Below, piece by piece: positions 10,901 through 23,300 of a stretch of 64,000 nucleotides of DNA. Made by a program: the position numbers and the translations under genes. Under the pieces are notes generated by a model. That model did not search any database. It saw nothing but the letters and a program-made list of their open reading frames with translations, and was not told the origin of the DNA. The stretch comes from a virus, in IMG/VR virus record IMGVR_UViG_3300017917_002954, positions 1-64,000 of that record. One strand, 5' to 3'. Position 1 is the stretch's first letter. Each line of letters begins with the position of its first letter.

Positions 10901-11387
10901 ACCCTTGCCACCAACCATTGATCAACTCACAACTACCTATGGTGGTTTACAAGACTACAAGATGATTTCTGATTCTGTGATTCTAAACAGTGTGAATTTC
11001 AAACCCTTGTTTGGAGAAAAAGCCGCAGAAGAATTGCGTGCCACTATCAAAGTCATCAAGGCAGCAAATTCAACTGCTAGTGTAAGTGAAATTAAAAATC
11101 TAGTGGTAGCCAATTTGAATAATTATTTTACACTTGACAAATGGGACTTTGGTGATACTTTCTACTTCTCAGAATTGGCAGCATATTTGCACGCCGAGAT
11201 GGGCGGAATCATCAGTTCCGTGGTGCTAGTACCATTGAATCCTCAAAAATCCTTTGGCGACTTATATGAAATAAGATCAGAACCCAACCAAATATTTGTC
11301 AACGCAGCCAACGTCAACAATGTTGAAGTTATTGAAGCATTGACCAGCACTAACATTAGAACAGCACCAGGAAGTGGAGTAATTTAA
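7962..11387 (+). CDS. Baseplate wedge protein, gp6-like
   Basis: DFETLR..F.DY, FNDYIESSE, TAERRDSV..LA....Y.PKR, FGDG.F..IP and ESIDEIK.RAP..Y.TQNRMV..EDY are hallmark gp6/baseplate-J motifs. Confidence 0.85.
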   Translation: MAKTTRQTAIFGVEDWKRIYQTYREADFQSYDFETLRKSFVDYLRLYYPETFNDYIESSEFIAMLDVMAFMGQSLAFRTDLNTRENYIDTAERRDSVVRLANLVSYTPKRNICASGYLKVFSVQTTENVTDFNGIDLANVTVNWADPTNFNWQEQFTAIINASLVDSQRFGRPANRTTILGVDTSEYSINLVPGFLPIIPYNATVDGVNMPFEAVNASAVGKSFVYEPSPQPNGIFNVLYRNDQLGFNSANTGYFFLFKQGVLQNQDFNLADRVSNRTVNINIEGVNNEDRWLYQLDNVGSIASEWQFVESVYAAAAEQTGPDLRKLFSVTSRTNDQITLAFGDGVFSEIPVGQFRCYVRASNGLEYIINPEEMQSVILPISYVSRTGQLETITFTCGITTPVSNATPRESIDEIKQRAPARYYTQNRMVNGEDYNNFPFTAYNSILKSKALNRSSIGTSRYLDLVDNTGKYSSTNTFSSDGALYEEFNLPSFTYTFLTNNEISDVITNRVQPILADTQVQQFYYEKFPRASLSVLNVSWNLSTSLANTTTGYFKNQLGAPVPVGPFTSDNKRYIQIGSLVKFVPPAGYYFDANNRLKVGTPTRADEKLVIWASPLAVVVDGTSQGTGNLPDGSGPVTLNNYVPTGALASEVIPVFVTDLPSQFEQSMAEQIRLNRNFGIGYDSLGGVTGTPGTWYLITTTNLDVDAEWSQANAGSNAGLGNDASWLVEFVTDGDTYTISYRALDYFFGSVLQTRFFYYGDQKIYDSRTGTVISDFVKVLKTNSRPDSSLPLAGDLELKIVGQPVQSDGYVDDFQVLVSFQDSDADGVPDNPDFFSDIVAPGINSSQKLVFLQKTVDFDNLERYLLVEPGIVNSEYATLDDIELVKAEYVDGQIFYTYSTGLFYTLVIDFATGVRNLNPRNDFIARTGRQSLYFQYRHNSPLTSRIDPGTTNIIDLYVVTNEYYVAYQNYIRDVTGTVPEPLPPTIDQLTTTYGGLQDYKMISDSVILNSVNFKPLFGEKAAEELRATIKVIKAANSTASVSEIKNLVVANLNNYFTLDKWDFGDTFYFSELAAYLHAEMGGIISSVVLVPLNPQKSFGDLYEIRSEPNQIFVNAANVNNVEVIEALTSTNIRTAPGSGVI

Positions 11388-11388
11388 T

Positions 11389-14300
11389 ATGGCAAGAGTA
11401 CGTACAGTAGATTTTTTACCAGAGATTTTTCAAACATCAACCAATCGTCAGTTTTTAAGTGCGACGCTGGATCAACTGGTACAAGAACCTGCCTACAAAA
11501 GAATACAAGGCTTTGTTGGTCGTAGAACCGGCCCTGGCGTCAATGCCAACGAAAGCTATGTTGCTGAAACTTCTGCTACTCGGGCCAACTATCAACTTGA
11601 GCCCGGCGTAGTTGTCAAAGAAGCAGACAACAACGGCAAAATAAAAAATGCCATAACTTATCCTGGAATAACTGATGCCTTGTCTTTGCAAGGTGCCAAT
11701 GTTGAACGTGCAGATCGTTTGTACACTAGTGACTACTACACTTGGGATCCGTTTGTTGACTTTGATAAATTTGTAAACTTTGGTCAATACTATTGGTTGC
11801 CAGCTGGTCCAGAAAGTGTAAACGTATTTTCGGGCACAGTGCCATTGACTGACAATTTCACAGTCACTAGAGAAAATGGTGTGTACACATTCTCAGGAGT
11901 GGCCGGAGAGAATCCAGCTATAACTTTGGTACGTGGCGGAAACTATACTTTCCAAGTAGCACAGAATCAAAAAGAAACAGTCAATTATCGTGTGACCAAT
12001 CAAGGCACCAGTGCGTACCTTATTGATTATCTGCCCAATCCAACGCTGACATTGGTGCGTGGAAATACCTATGTGTTTGATCTGGTACTCAAAGGCGATT
12101 TTCCTTTCTTTATCAAAACTGAACCATCACTGACCAAGAACAATGTTTACAATGACGGTGTGACCAACAACGGTGCTAGCGAAGGTTTGATCACCTTTAC
12201 TGTTCCCCAAGATGCACCTGACACACTGTACTATGCTAACCCTGTACAGCCAAACATGCAAGGCGTGTTGAATATTATCGACGGTACACCTGGTACTGGT
12301 CCTGGTTTCTGGATTCAGACAGACCCAGGGGTCAATGGTCGTATTCCAAGTACACCAAACATCAGTTCACGTGATGTATTGGGGGTGATCAACAACGGCG
12401 AAGATCTTGGCACAGTGACTTTTAATGTACCATTGGCCACAGCACAAAATTTTTATTACACACTAGAGAACGTTGCTCCGGTTGATTTAATCACAAATCT
12501 CAAGTTCAACCAAATCAACAATCAGTATGTTGAAGTGTTCTTGGCACAGTACGGCGGCATTGATGGCATAGCTGCGTTGGATGGCAAAACAGTTGTATTT
12601 TTAAACGAAACAGTTGATGCACAAGACGGCGGCTGGCAACGTACCACACAGTTTGATCCTGTGTCTCCGGGTGCTGCCAATGCTGGTTTACCAGGTACCT
12701 ATGATACCACACTGTTTGATCAAACCACAGACATTCTTCCAGAGCAGCGTTATACAGTCTGGCAAATTCGCTATGTGACCACCGACGACGGTTCACAGTA
12801 TATCAACTTGGTCAGCGTGAGAAACGTTGAGCAATTACAAAAATTCAGTATCTTGTATGGTACTACCTATTCCAGCACTCAATGGTACAAGACCGCCGAA
12901 GGATATTTTGAACAGATTCCTTTGTTGACTGCTGTAAAAGATGTACTGTATTATCAAGATGGCACAGACCCTGGCATTTTTGGTCGTTTCAAGTTGATCA
13001 ATCAGGATCAAGCCAACACGTTGGATATCAGCGACATCCTGGGCAAAAAGACATATACCAGTCCCAATGGAGTGGTATTCACCAATGGATTAAAGGTACA
13101 ATTTGTTGGACAAGTAAGTCCTGCCAGTTATCAAAATCAAGAATACTATGTTGAAGGCGTGGGTACAGCAATTAGACTGTTGCCAGTTTCAAACTATGTG
13201 ACTCCTGAAACATATACCAAGAGTTCAACAGTGCCCTATGACTCAACAGGCTATGACATTGGCAACTACGATGCCAGTTTGAATCAACCTTTGATTCCAG
13301 ATTACATAACCATTAACAAGGCCAGTCCTGACTTAAATGCCTGGACACGTAGCAATCGTTGGACTCATATTGATGTAATCAATGCCACAGCTGAATACAA
13401 CAACACTGTGGCTGTGATTGACAATGCATTCCGAGCCAAGCGTCCAATTCTAGAATTCCGTGCAGGTCTTCGACTATATGACTTTGGTACACAAGGAAAA
13501 CAACCAGTTGACATTATTGATTTTCAAACAACTGATGCACTCAGCAACATCAACGGCACAGTTGGTTATGGTGTTGACGGCTACAGTTTTATTTCTGGAA
13601 CACGAGTAATATTTGCTGCGGACCAAGATCCGCAGGTCAGAAACAAGATATACACAGTGGAGTTTATTACTCCTGACAGTGTGAATCCATTGATTGCACA
13701 ACCAATTATCAATTTGGTGCCTGCCAGCGATGCTGATGTATCTATTGATCAAACAGTGGTTTGTTTAAGTGGTATAAATCAACAAGGAAAAAGTTTTTAC
13801 TTTGACGGTGTGGCCTGGTTGCCAGCACAGTTAAAGACCGGAGTAAATCAAGCTCCGTTGTTTAACATCTACGATCAAACCGGCGTCAGCCTTGGCAATC
13901 GAGCAAAATATCCAAGTACATCTTTCCGCGGAAACAAGTTGTTCTCCTACAAACAAGGTGTTGGTCCTGTTGATCAAGTCTTGGGATTCCCTCTAAGTTA
14001 TCTCAGTTTAGCCAACGTGGGTGACATTGTTTTTGAAAACAATCTTTACACTGACACTTTTATCTATACCAAAGACAGTGTGAGTACCACAGAAAATGTC
14101 AGCGTGGGTGTGGTTAGAGAATATCTTGATCGAACTGTTTACAGCGATCAGTTGGGTTGGAACCGAGCAATAACCAAGAGCATAACTCGTCAGCAGTTTA
14201 GATTCCAATATGATGGACAACCACTGATTCTAGACGTCAAAGCTCTCGTGGATTTGGAAATTCCTGGTGTACAAATATATGTTGGTTCTAAATTTGTAGA

Positions 14301-17300
14301 GCCAAACTCTTACACAGTTCAAACCACCAGCAACAGTACCACAATAACATTGAACAATGTTTATGTGCCTGGCGACGTTATCGAAGTTGATGTAATCAGC
14401 GATCAAGCCAGCAAAATTGGTTTCTATCAAGTTCCAATCAACTTGGAAAATAATCCACTGAATGAAAACAGTTCAACATTTACACTAGGAACAGTGCGTA
14501 GTCATTATGAAACCATTGGCGAAAATTTAAAAGACATCTCAGGTCCAATCAACGGTGCCAACAACACCAGAGATTTGGGCAACATTGGTCGCTACGGAAC
14601 AAATATTCTACAACAAAGTGCACCGTTGACCATGGCTGGCTATTTCATGCGCAGTACAGACTACAACATTTTCAGCGCACTGGAATACAACAGCAGAGAA
14701 TACGAAAAATTCAAAGCTCAATTGATGGACACTGTGGTTCGTAATGATTATACCAATTACACAATTCCAGACATGTTGACTGCAGCCATATCTGATATAA
14801 CAACAGGTCGTACCAATGTCAATCCTTTCTACTGGACTGACATGTTGCCAGCTAGTTCAGTTTACACTGAATTAAAAACAACCATTACTCCAATTTCAAC
14901 CAATGAGTTTGATCTAACAACAACCTATGATTTCAACAGTTCAAACTATCAAAGCGTATTGGTATACGTCAATGATGTTTTGTTGACCTATGGTTATGAC
15001 TACACTGTAGCCACAGATGCACCACGCTTGACAATCACAGTTCCATTGAGTGTGGGCGACGTGGTTAGAATACAAGAATACGATTTTACCTACGGTAGTT
15101 TTGTACCTAACACACCAACCAAGTTGGGATTGTATCCTGCATTCAAACCCCAGATCTATCTTGACACCACTTATATAAATCCTACCTTGGTTATCCAAGG
15201 ACACGATGGCAGCAAAACTATTGCGTTTGGAGACTTCCGCGATCAACTGTTGTTGGAATTTGAAACAAGAATTTTTAACAATTTAAAAATCAAATCTGAC
15301 ATTCCACTAAAAGTCACCGAAGTGATTCCTGGTCAATTCCGTACCACAGACTACACACTGTCTGAAATCAATGAAATCTTGTCTTTGGATTTCTTGAGCT
15401 GGGTAGGCTGGAACAAGTTGGATTACAAAAATCAAGCCTTTGATGCCAACAACGAATTCACATGGAATTACAGTGCATCTGGCAACAAACTGACCACTGT
15501 TGAGAACAATTCACTGACTGACAAACCATTGACCATTGGTGCTTGGAGAGGTATCTATAGATATTTCTATGACACAGATTATCCTGATACACGTCCTTGG
15601 GAAATGTTGGGATTCAGCCAAGAGCCAACCTGGTGGGAAGATGTATACGGACCTGCACCATACACCAGCGACAACTTGGTGTTGTGGGACGATCTAGCTC
15701 AAGGCCGTGTGGCTGATCCTGCTGGAGAATATTTCCGTCCCGAATTTGCAAGACCAAGATTACAACAAGTTATTCCAACAGGAACCGAAGGACAATTAGT
15801 AAGTCCGTTTGACAGTGTTGTTGGATATTACGATTCAAGTCAGTTCCAAAAGTCATGGGTATTCGGCGATGGCGGCCCTGTTGAAGCCACTTGGTTCAAG
15901 AGTTCTAGCTATCCATTTGCTATCATGCGTTTGTTGGCCCTGACTCGCCCAGCAGAATTTTTCTCATTGTTTGCTGACAGAGATCTTTACAAATTTAATT
16001 CTGAATACAACCAGTATCTATACAACAATAGATACCGACTTGACGCCAGTGGCGTTGAAGTCTACGGCAATGGTATCAGCAAAGCCAGTTTCATTGACTG
16101 GATCATTGACTACAATCAACAACTGGGTAGAAACAGCTCAGAAAGATTGACTGAAGAACTAAAAAATCTTGATGTTCGTTTGTGCTACCGCATGGGAAGT
16201 TTCACAGACAAACAATATCTAAAGATTTACACAGAAAAATCCAGTCCAAACAGTTTGAACTCTAGCTTGCTGTTGCCCGACGAGAGCTACAATTTGTTGG
16301 TGTACAAGAATCAACCGTTTGAGAGAATTGTTTATAGTTCAGTGATTGTTCAACGGGTAGATGACGGATACGCAGTCTACGGATACAGTATAACTCAACC
16401 ATTCTTTAATATTTTGGCCAGCAGAACAGCCGGCACAAAAACCACAATTGAAGCCGGTGGCTCCGTTGTCACGGTGCCTAATGAATATACCACCGACGTT
16501 GTTCAGGTTCCTTATGGATACGTTTTTGCCAACCGCACAGTGGTAGTTGACTTCTTGTTGAGCTACGGTGCTTTATTGGCCAGCCAAGGCTTGGTGTTTG
16601 ACGATAGAGAAAACGGCCGTTCCTTGAACTGGAATCAAATGGCCCAGGAATTTTTATACTGGTCAAATCAAGGTTGGGACACAGGCAGTGTAATCAACTT
16701 GAATCCCACAGCATACTCATTGACAGCAATTAATCCTCAAGCAATTGTTGATACCGTGATAGCACAAACTCCAGAAAATCTAATCTTAGATCAAAACAGA
16801 ACTACATTGCCTGTGCGAGATCTAGTAGTAGATCGCTATGAAAATGTGTTTAAGATTTCTTCATTGAGCAATCAAACTATTTCATACTTGGATTTAAAAT
16901 TTACCAGTTATGAAAGCATGGTGGTGCTAGACAATGTCAGTATCTTCAACGACTTGATCTATGATCCAGTGACTGGTGCTCGTCAAAATCGTATCAACGT
17001 ATCAGCAGCTGTCAGTGCCGACTGGAATGGTCAACTTGATGCCCAAGGCTTTATCCTCAACGACAACAACACTGTTCGAGAGTGGCAACCAAATCAAAAG
17101 TATGCCAAGGGCGAAATTGTACTTTACAAAAACAACTACTGGTCTGCACAAACCATTGTTCAACCCAGTGTTGAATTTAGATACAGTGACTGGGTAAAGA
17201 GTGACTACACCAAGATACAAAGAGGATTGTTGGAGAATATACCTAACAAAGCCGATCAGTTGGCCAACAGCTACAGCACTGACTCAGCAAATCTTGAAAG

Positions 17301-20300
17301 CGATCAAGATCTATTGAGCTATGGTTTGATTGGATTCCGTCCTCGCGAATACATGAGTGCTTTGAATCTCGATGATGTTAGTCAGGTCAACGTATACAAA
17401 CAGTTTTTAAAGAACAAGGGAACCATACAAAGTATTCAGTTGTTGGGCAATGCCAATCTTGGCAAAGAAGTTGCAGAATATGATGTATTTGAAAACTGGG
17501 CTGTTCAACGAGCCACTTACGGTGCAAATGCTAATCGCAGTTTCTTTGAATTGCGATTAAACGAAGCATTGTTGCAGAGTGATCCGGCTGTGGTACAAAT
17601 TGTTCAACCACAGCAGATCAGTGATGCTGATCAAAAAATATTGTTGAGTGATATCTGGAGACAAAGCTATAAACTGCCAAACACAGATATTTTACCAACC
17701 ACAAATACAACACCTACAGACACTGCACTGCCAAGTGCTGGCTATGTTAACATAGATGATGTTGATCTCACTGTGTTTTCTTTGACTGGAAATCTAGGTA
17801 TTACTCCGGCTGTGCTTGACACAATTGGAACAGGAACAACTATCTGGGCTGCAAAAAGCAACAGCTATGATTGGAATATCTACAGATGCAGCAACGTACC
17901 TGGATTTGTGCGCTCAGTGAGTTCAAATCTCAATACTACCAGTACTGTGACTTTCAGTGTGGCACACAACCTTTCAGTGGACAACATCATTGTTATTCGT
18001 TTGTTTGACCCTCGAGTAGATGGTGTTTATCGTGTGATTGGCGTGCCTGATCTTACCAGCGTTGTAATTGAATTATCGCTTGGCAATGCCAACGGCGGAT
18101 CTATTGTTGGCAATGGTGTAGCATACTTCTTGCAGACCATGCGAGTTGCACAGGCCAGCGATGCAGCCAACTTGCCTTACGTTAACGAGTTGACATCAGG
18201 TGCCAGAGTTTGGGTAGACAACGACGGCACTGGCCACTGGCAGGTTATTGAAAAACAACAACCGTTTACGGCCAACTATACAATCAACCCCTCTGCTCCA
18301 ATTGTTAATTCTCAATACGGTGCAAGTGTAGCACAGGGTCAAAACAATATCATAGCATTGGTCGGCAGTCCTGGATACAACTCCACTGGTGCTGTTTACC
18401 CATATGTACGAAATGTTGACAATCAATATGCACAAAGTTCAATTTTAACTTTGAATTCTACTGCTGTTGTTGGTTTTGGAAATGCAGTTGACATTGGCAG
18501 TCAAAATTGGTGCGTGGCTGGAGCAAGTCAAAGTAATAGCAATCAAGGCTATGCCAGCATAATTTACCGAGCTGAAAACAGCAATGCGTTTGAACAATCA
18601 CAGTTGTTGGTTTCACCTGATGCAGACTTTGGAACTGAAAGATTTGGTTCAGCAGTATCAATCAGCCAGGATGAAAGATGGCTGTATGTTGGCGCACCTG
18701 GCAAAAACAAAGTGCATGCCTATGGAAGAATTGACATACCAGAAGAATCAGTAAGATACACCACTGATGGATTGAATAGAATTTTCTCCTACAATCAGAA
18801 CATTGAAATCAGCAGTGATCAACAGATCAATGTGGTTTTAAACAACAGACTGTTGACATACATTGTGGATTACACAGTCACTGGAGTCAGTGTGGTATTG
18901 ACTGATGTACCTCCACCTGGACAGACCCTGATTATTTCTCGTAAAACTGGACAAAAACTTGATTCCGAGGTCTACTATAATGTTGTTCAAAACTCAACAT
19001 CTGGCACTGGCACTGGCGCAAAATTCACAGTGGACAGAACTCGAGGAACTTATTCAGTTTCGCTGACTGCTCCTGGTATCAACTACAGTGTTGGAAACAC
19101 CTTGACTATCGATGCTGCAACCATTGGTGGAGGAACTAGTCCAGCCAACGACTTGGTCATAACAGTGACTGGTGTGACCAGCGGCGGAATCACATCATTT
19201 ACCTATGCTGGTAGTGGAGTCAGCAACACTTCAACATTTGATCTTGCTCCATATTTGTACTCTGCGACCAATATTTTCTCATTTACAGTCACAGTAGACG
19301 GGGTGTTGCAACGTCCATTTATTGACTACAGTTTTGCTGGAACCACGTTGACATTTATAAACAACCCAGCAGCTGGTGCAAGCATTTCTGTGTTTGCCAA
19401 GACCTATTTCAAGTATGTGGCCACACTTCAAGTTGCTGGATTACCTAGCACTGCAAATTTTGGAGCCAGCATAGCTTCATCCACTGACGGACGTCAGATA
19501 GCAATTGGAGCTCCTAACAACACAGTCAACGGCAATACCAATGCAGGATCAATATACGTCTTTGATCGCAGTGTGACCAGATACGTAGTTGACAATGTCA
19601 ACCAATTGACCTATTCGATTCCTACTGCGGCTGTTAATCCAGTGGCAGTATTGGTCAATGGAACATTCTTGACTGACCAAGATGAATATCTCAACGGTCA
19701 ATACAGTGTTGATCTGGGCAATCATACTATAACTTTAAATTCCAGCGCGACATTGCAAGTTGGAGATATCATTGAAATTGAAAGCAACATCTTTAGATTG
19801 ATACAACAGATCGATGCCAATGCACCATTTGGAGCAGCCAACTTTGGTTCAGCTGTTGATATGTGTTCAAACAATTGCAGTGTTTATGTAGGAGCCCCCA
19901 ACGATGGCACAGTAATGTCGGGTGCTGGCTCAGTGGAACGTCGAGTAAATCAAGCTAGAGTTTATGGAATTATTTCTTCCACAAATGTCAATCCTTCACT
20001 GACTGCCGGTAATACAATACGCATCAACAACACCGAAGTAGCAGTTCCAAATTCTCCTAACAACAATGTGGCTGGACTGGCTTCGGCCATTGTGGCAGCT
20101 GGAATACCAAACGTCACAGCCACAGTTTCAGACGGCAAAATCACTATATCTGTGCTCAATGTTGAAGCAGCCAACGAATTCAATCGACTAACTGTATTAC
20201 CTGGAGTATCTGGCACAGCATTTAGTGATCTTGGATTTGATTCCTACGCATACACACAAACAATTACCAGCCCTAACCCAGTGGTATCAGCAGGGTTTGG

Positions 20301-23300
20301 TAGCGCAGTGTTTGTTGACAGCGAAGCTGACAACCTAGTGGTTGGAGCACCGCGTGGAGATGTATATCAGCCAGTGACCTTCGACCTCAATAGAACATAC
20401 TTTGATGATCGAAGCACTGTGTTCTCTTCTACTGAAGTTCAAAGTGGTGTGGTTTATACCTTTGATTACTTGCCAAGTGCCGAGGACTCAATTGCCTCAC
20501 CGGGACAATTCATATTTGGTCAGCAGATCTACGATGACAATGTCAAGCCGTTGGATCAGTGGGGTACCTCAGTTAGCTATGTCAATGGAAGACTTTTGGT
20601 AGGTAGCCCAGGCAGCGATCTTGAAGACAGCACCTTGAGCAACTTCAACTATGGTCGTGTGGCAGTGTTCAATAACTTTGAAAGAAAACCAGCCTGGTCA
20701 GTGATTCATCAACAACAGCCAGTGGTAGACATCTATCTGTTGAATTCAGTGTACATGTACAACCAATTGTTGTCCAACAAGACTTACTTCTTTGATTTCT
20801 TCAATCCTTTGCAAGGAAAAATCCTTGGAGTTGCTCGTCAAAACATCAACTATATCAGCACAGTTGATCCTGCCAAGTACAATGTTGGCACAGTAAACAA
20901 CAATGGTAATTTCTGGGCCGACAACAATGTTGGAGAAATTTGGTGGGATATCACCAGTGTGAGATTCATTGATCCAAATCAAGACGACATTACCTATGCC
21001 AGCCGTCGCTGGGGACAAGTTTTCCCTGGAAGTCGTGTTGAAATATATCAGTGGGTCAAGAGTGATGTTCCTCCTGCACAGTACGCAGGTCCTGGCACAC
21101 CATACAGCTTTGACAGCTACACAGTCAACACAAGCCTAACTTCACAAGGAATTTTTGCCACACAATATTATTTCTGGGTCACTGGCATTGACACCATTGC
21201 CACAGAGTCTGGAAAAACTCTCAGCACCACAGGAATTGCTAGATACATTGAAAGTCCAAGAAGCAGTGGAGTGCCTTATATTGCGCCTCTCAATGCAAAT
21301 ACCATAGCAATTTACAATGGTCTAGAATATATCTCAGCTCAGGACACGATCATTCACGTTGAATACGACAGAGAGTTTACAACTGACAACATTCACGTTG
21401 AATATGAATTGATTGCACAAAATCGTCCAGACAGTTTCTTGAGCAGTGGCCTGTATAGAAAATTACAAGACAGTTTCTGCGGAGTCAACTCCACTGGTGC
21501 TCTAGTTCCAGACCCAACTTTGAGTCCCCCAGAACGTTATGGAGTACAGTTCCGCCCAAGACAAAGCATGTTTGCAGATCGTTTTGCGGCGTTGGAAAAC
21601 TATTTGGTTAGAGCAAACAACATATTGAAAAACTTCCCTATAGTGGAAACACGTAGATTCAATCTGTTGAACAGCCAAGAGCCAGAGCCAACAGTTTCCA
21701 GCGGTGAATGGAACATGCGTTTGGCAAATATTGAACAGCTTGGCTATCAAGATCTAGCAGAAGTCCCAGTGGGCTACAAGTACCTTGTTGTCAGCGACAG
21801 CACCAACAACGGTCTATGGACAATTTACACTGTAGTCACATCTGTACTACCAGGATCCCCAAAGACCACTCAGTTGAGTCGAGTACAAACCTACGATACC
21901 AGAAGATATTGGTATCACATTGACTGGTATGAGCCTGGATACAACAGTAGTATTGTTCCAATCACTGAAGTTCCAGTGTACTCGTTGTTGGATACGTTGA
22001 CTTTGGATCAAGCTCCTATAGGCAGCAGTGTCAAAGTCACTAGAAACGCACAAGGCAAATTTGAAATTTATCTACGCACAGACACAGGCTGGAACAGAGT
22101 TGGTTTGCAAGACGGAACAATTCAGTTCAGTGAAGATTTGTGGAACTATGCTGTTGGAAGATTTGGTTTTGACGTTGAAGTATTTGACGCTCAGTATTTT
22201 GACCAAGAGCCCACAATTGAAACACGCAAAATTATTCAAGCCATCAACGAAGAATTGTTTGTTGAAGAACTTCAAATTGAACGCAATAGAACTTTGATAT
22301 TGATGTTTAATTTTATTCTCAGTGAATTTACCAACCCAGAGTGGTTGGTCAAGACCAGCTTGATCGACGTTGAGCACAAAATTCGTGAACTGGTTCCATT
22401 CCAGGTATTTAGACAAGACAATCAAGAATTTGTATTGGATTACATTCAAGAGGTCAAGCCTTATCACGTGCAGATTCGCGAGTTCAATCTAGCATACAAC
22501 GGCTTTGATATCTATCAAGGCACAATGACTGACTTTGACAATCCAGCATATTACAATACCAATCTGTTGATTCCTCAATTTGTAAGTCCAATACTGTTGC
22601 CTTACACACAAAGTACTGCGGTTGGAACAGGAACACCGAGCTCTATCAGCGACACGCCGGCCAATGCCGACATATGGGATCAATTGCCATGGAACCAGTG
22701 GTACAACAATTACCTGTTGACAGTTCAAGAAGTTATTGTGATTGACGGTGGCCAGGGTTATACTGAGCCTCCAGAAATTGTGATCAGTGGTACTTGTATT
22801 GTAGAACCAACTATGCGAGCTGTAATAAACTCAGCAGGACAAGTTATTGGAGTAGATGTTATTGATCCAGGTGAAGGATTCTCTACTGAATGTGTGATTT
22901 CCTTTGAAGCTGGCAATGGCTCAGGTGCAAGAGCAGTTGCTGTCATGGGCAACGGTTTGGTTAGAGCAATAAAAACTGTGATCAAGTATGACAGATATCA
23001 ATATACCAGCGATGTAGTAGATTGGCAAGCAAACGTTGTTTACAACACTGGCGAAATGGTTCGTTATTTTGACCAGGTATGGTCGGCCAACAGCAATGTA
23101 CAAGGACCTGTGTTTGATCCACAACAATGGACCTTGGTAAATCCAGCATCATTGAGCGGAGTTGACAGAACCTTTGGTTTGTATGCTCCAACACCCAATG
23201 AACCTGGCAGAGATTTGCCATTGTTAATTGACGGTATAGACTATCCGGGAGTTCAAGTATTTGGACCATTGTTCAGTCAAAACACTGGTTATGACGTGGG

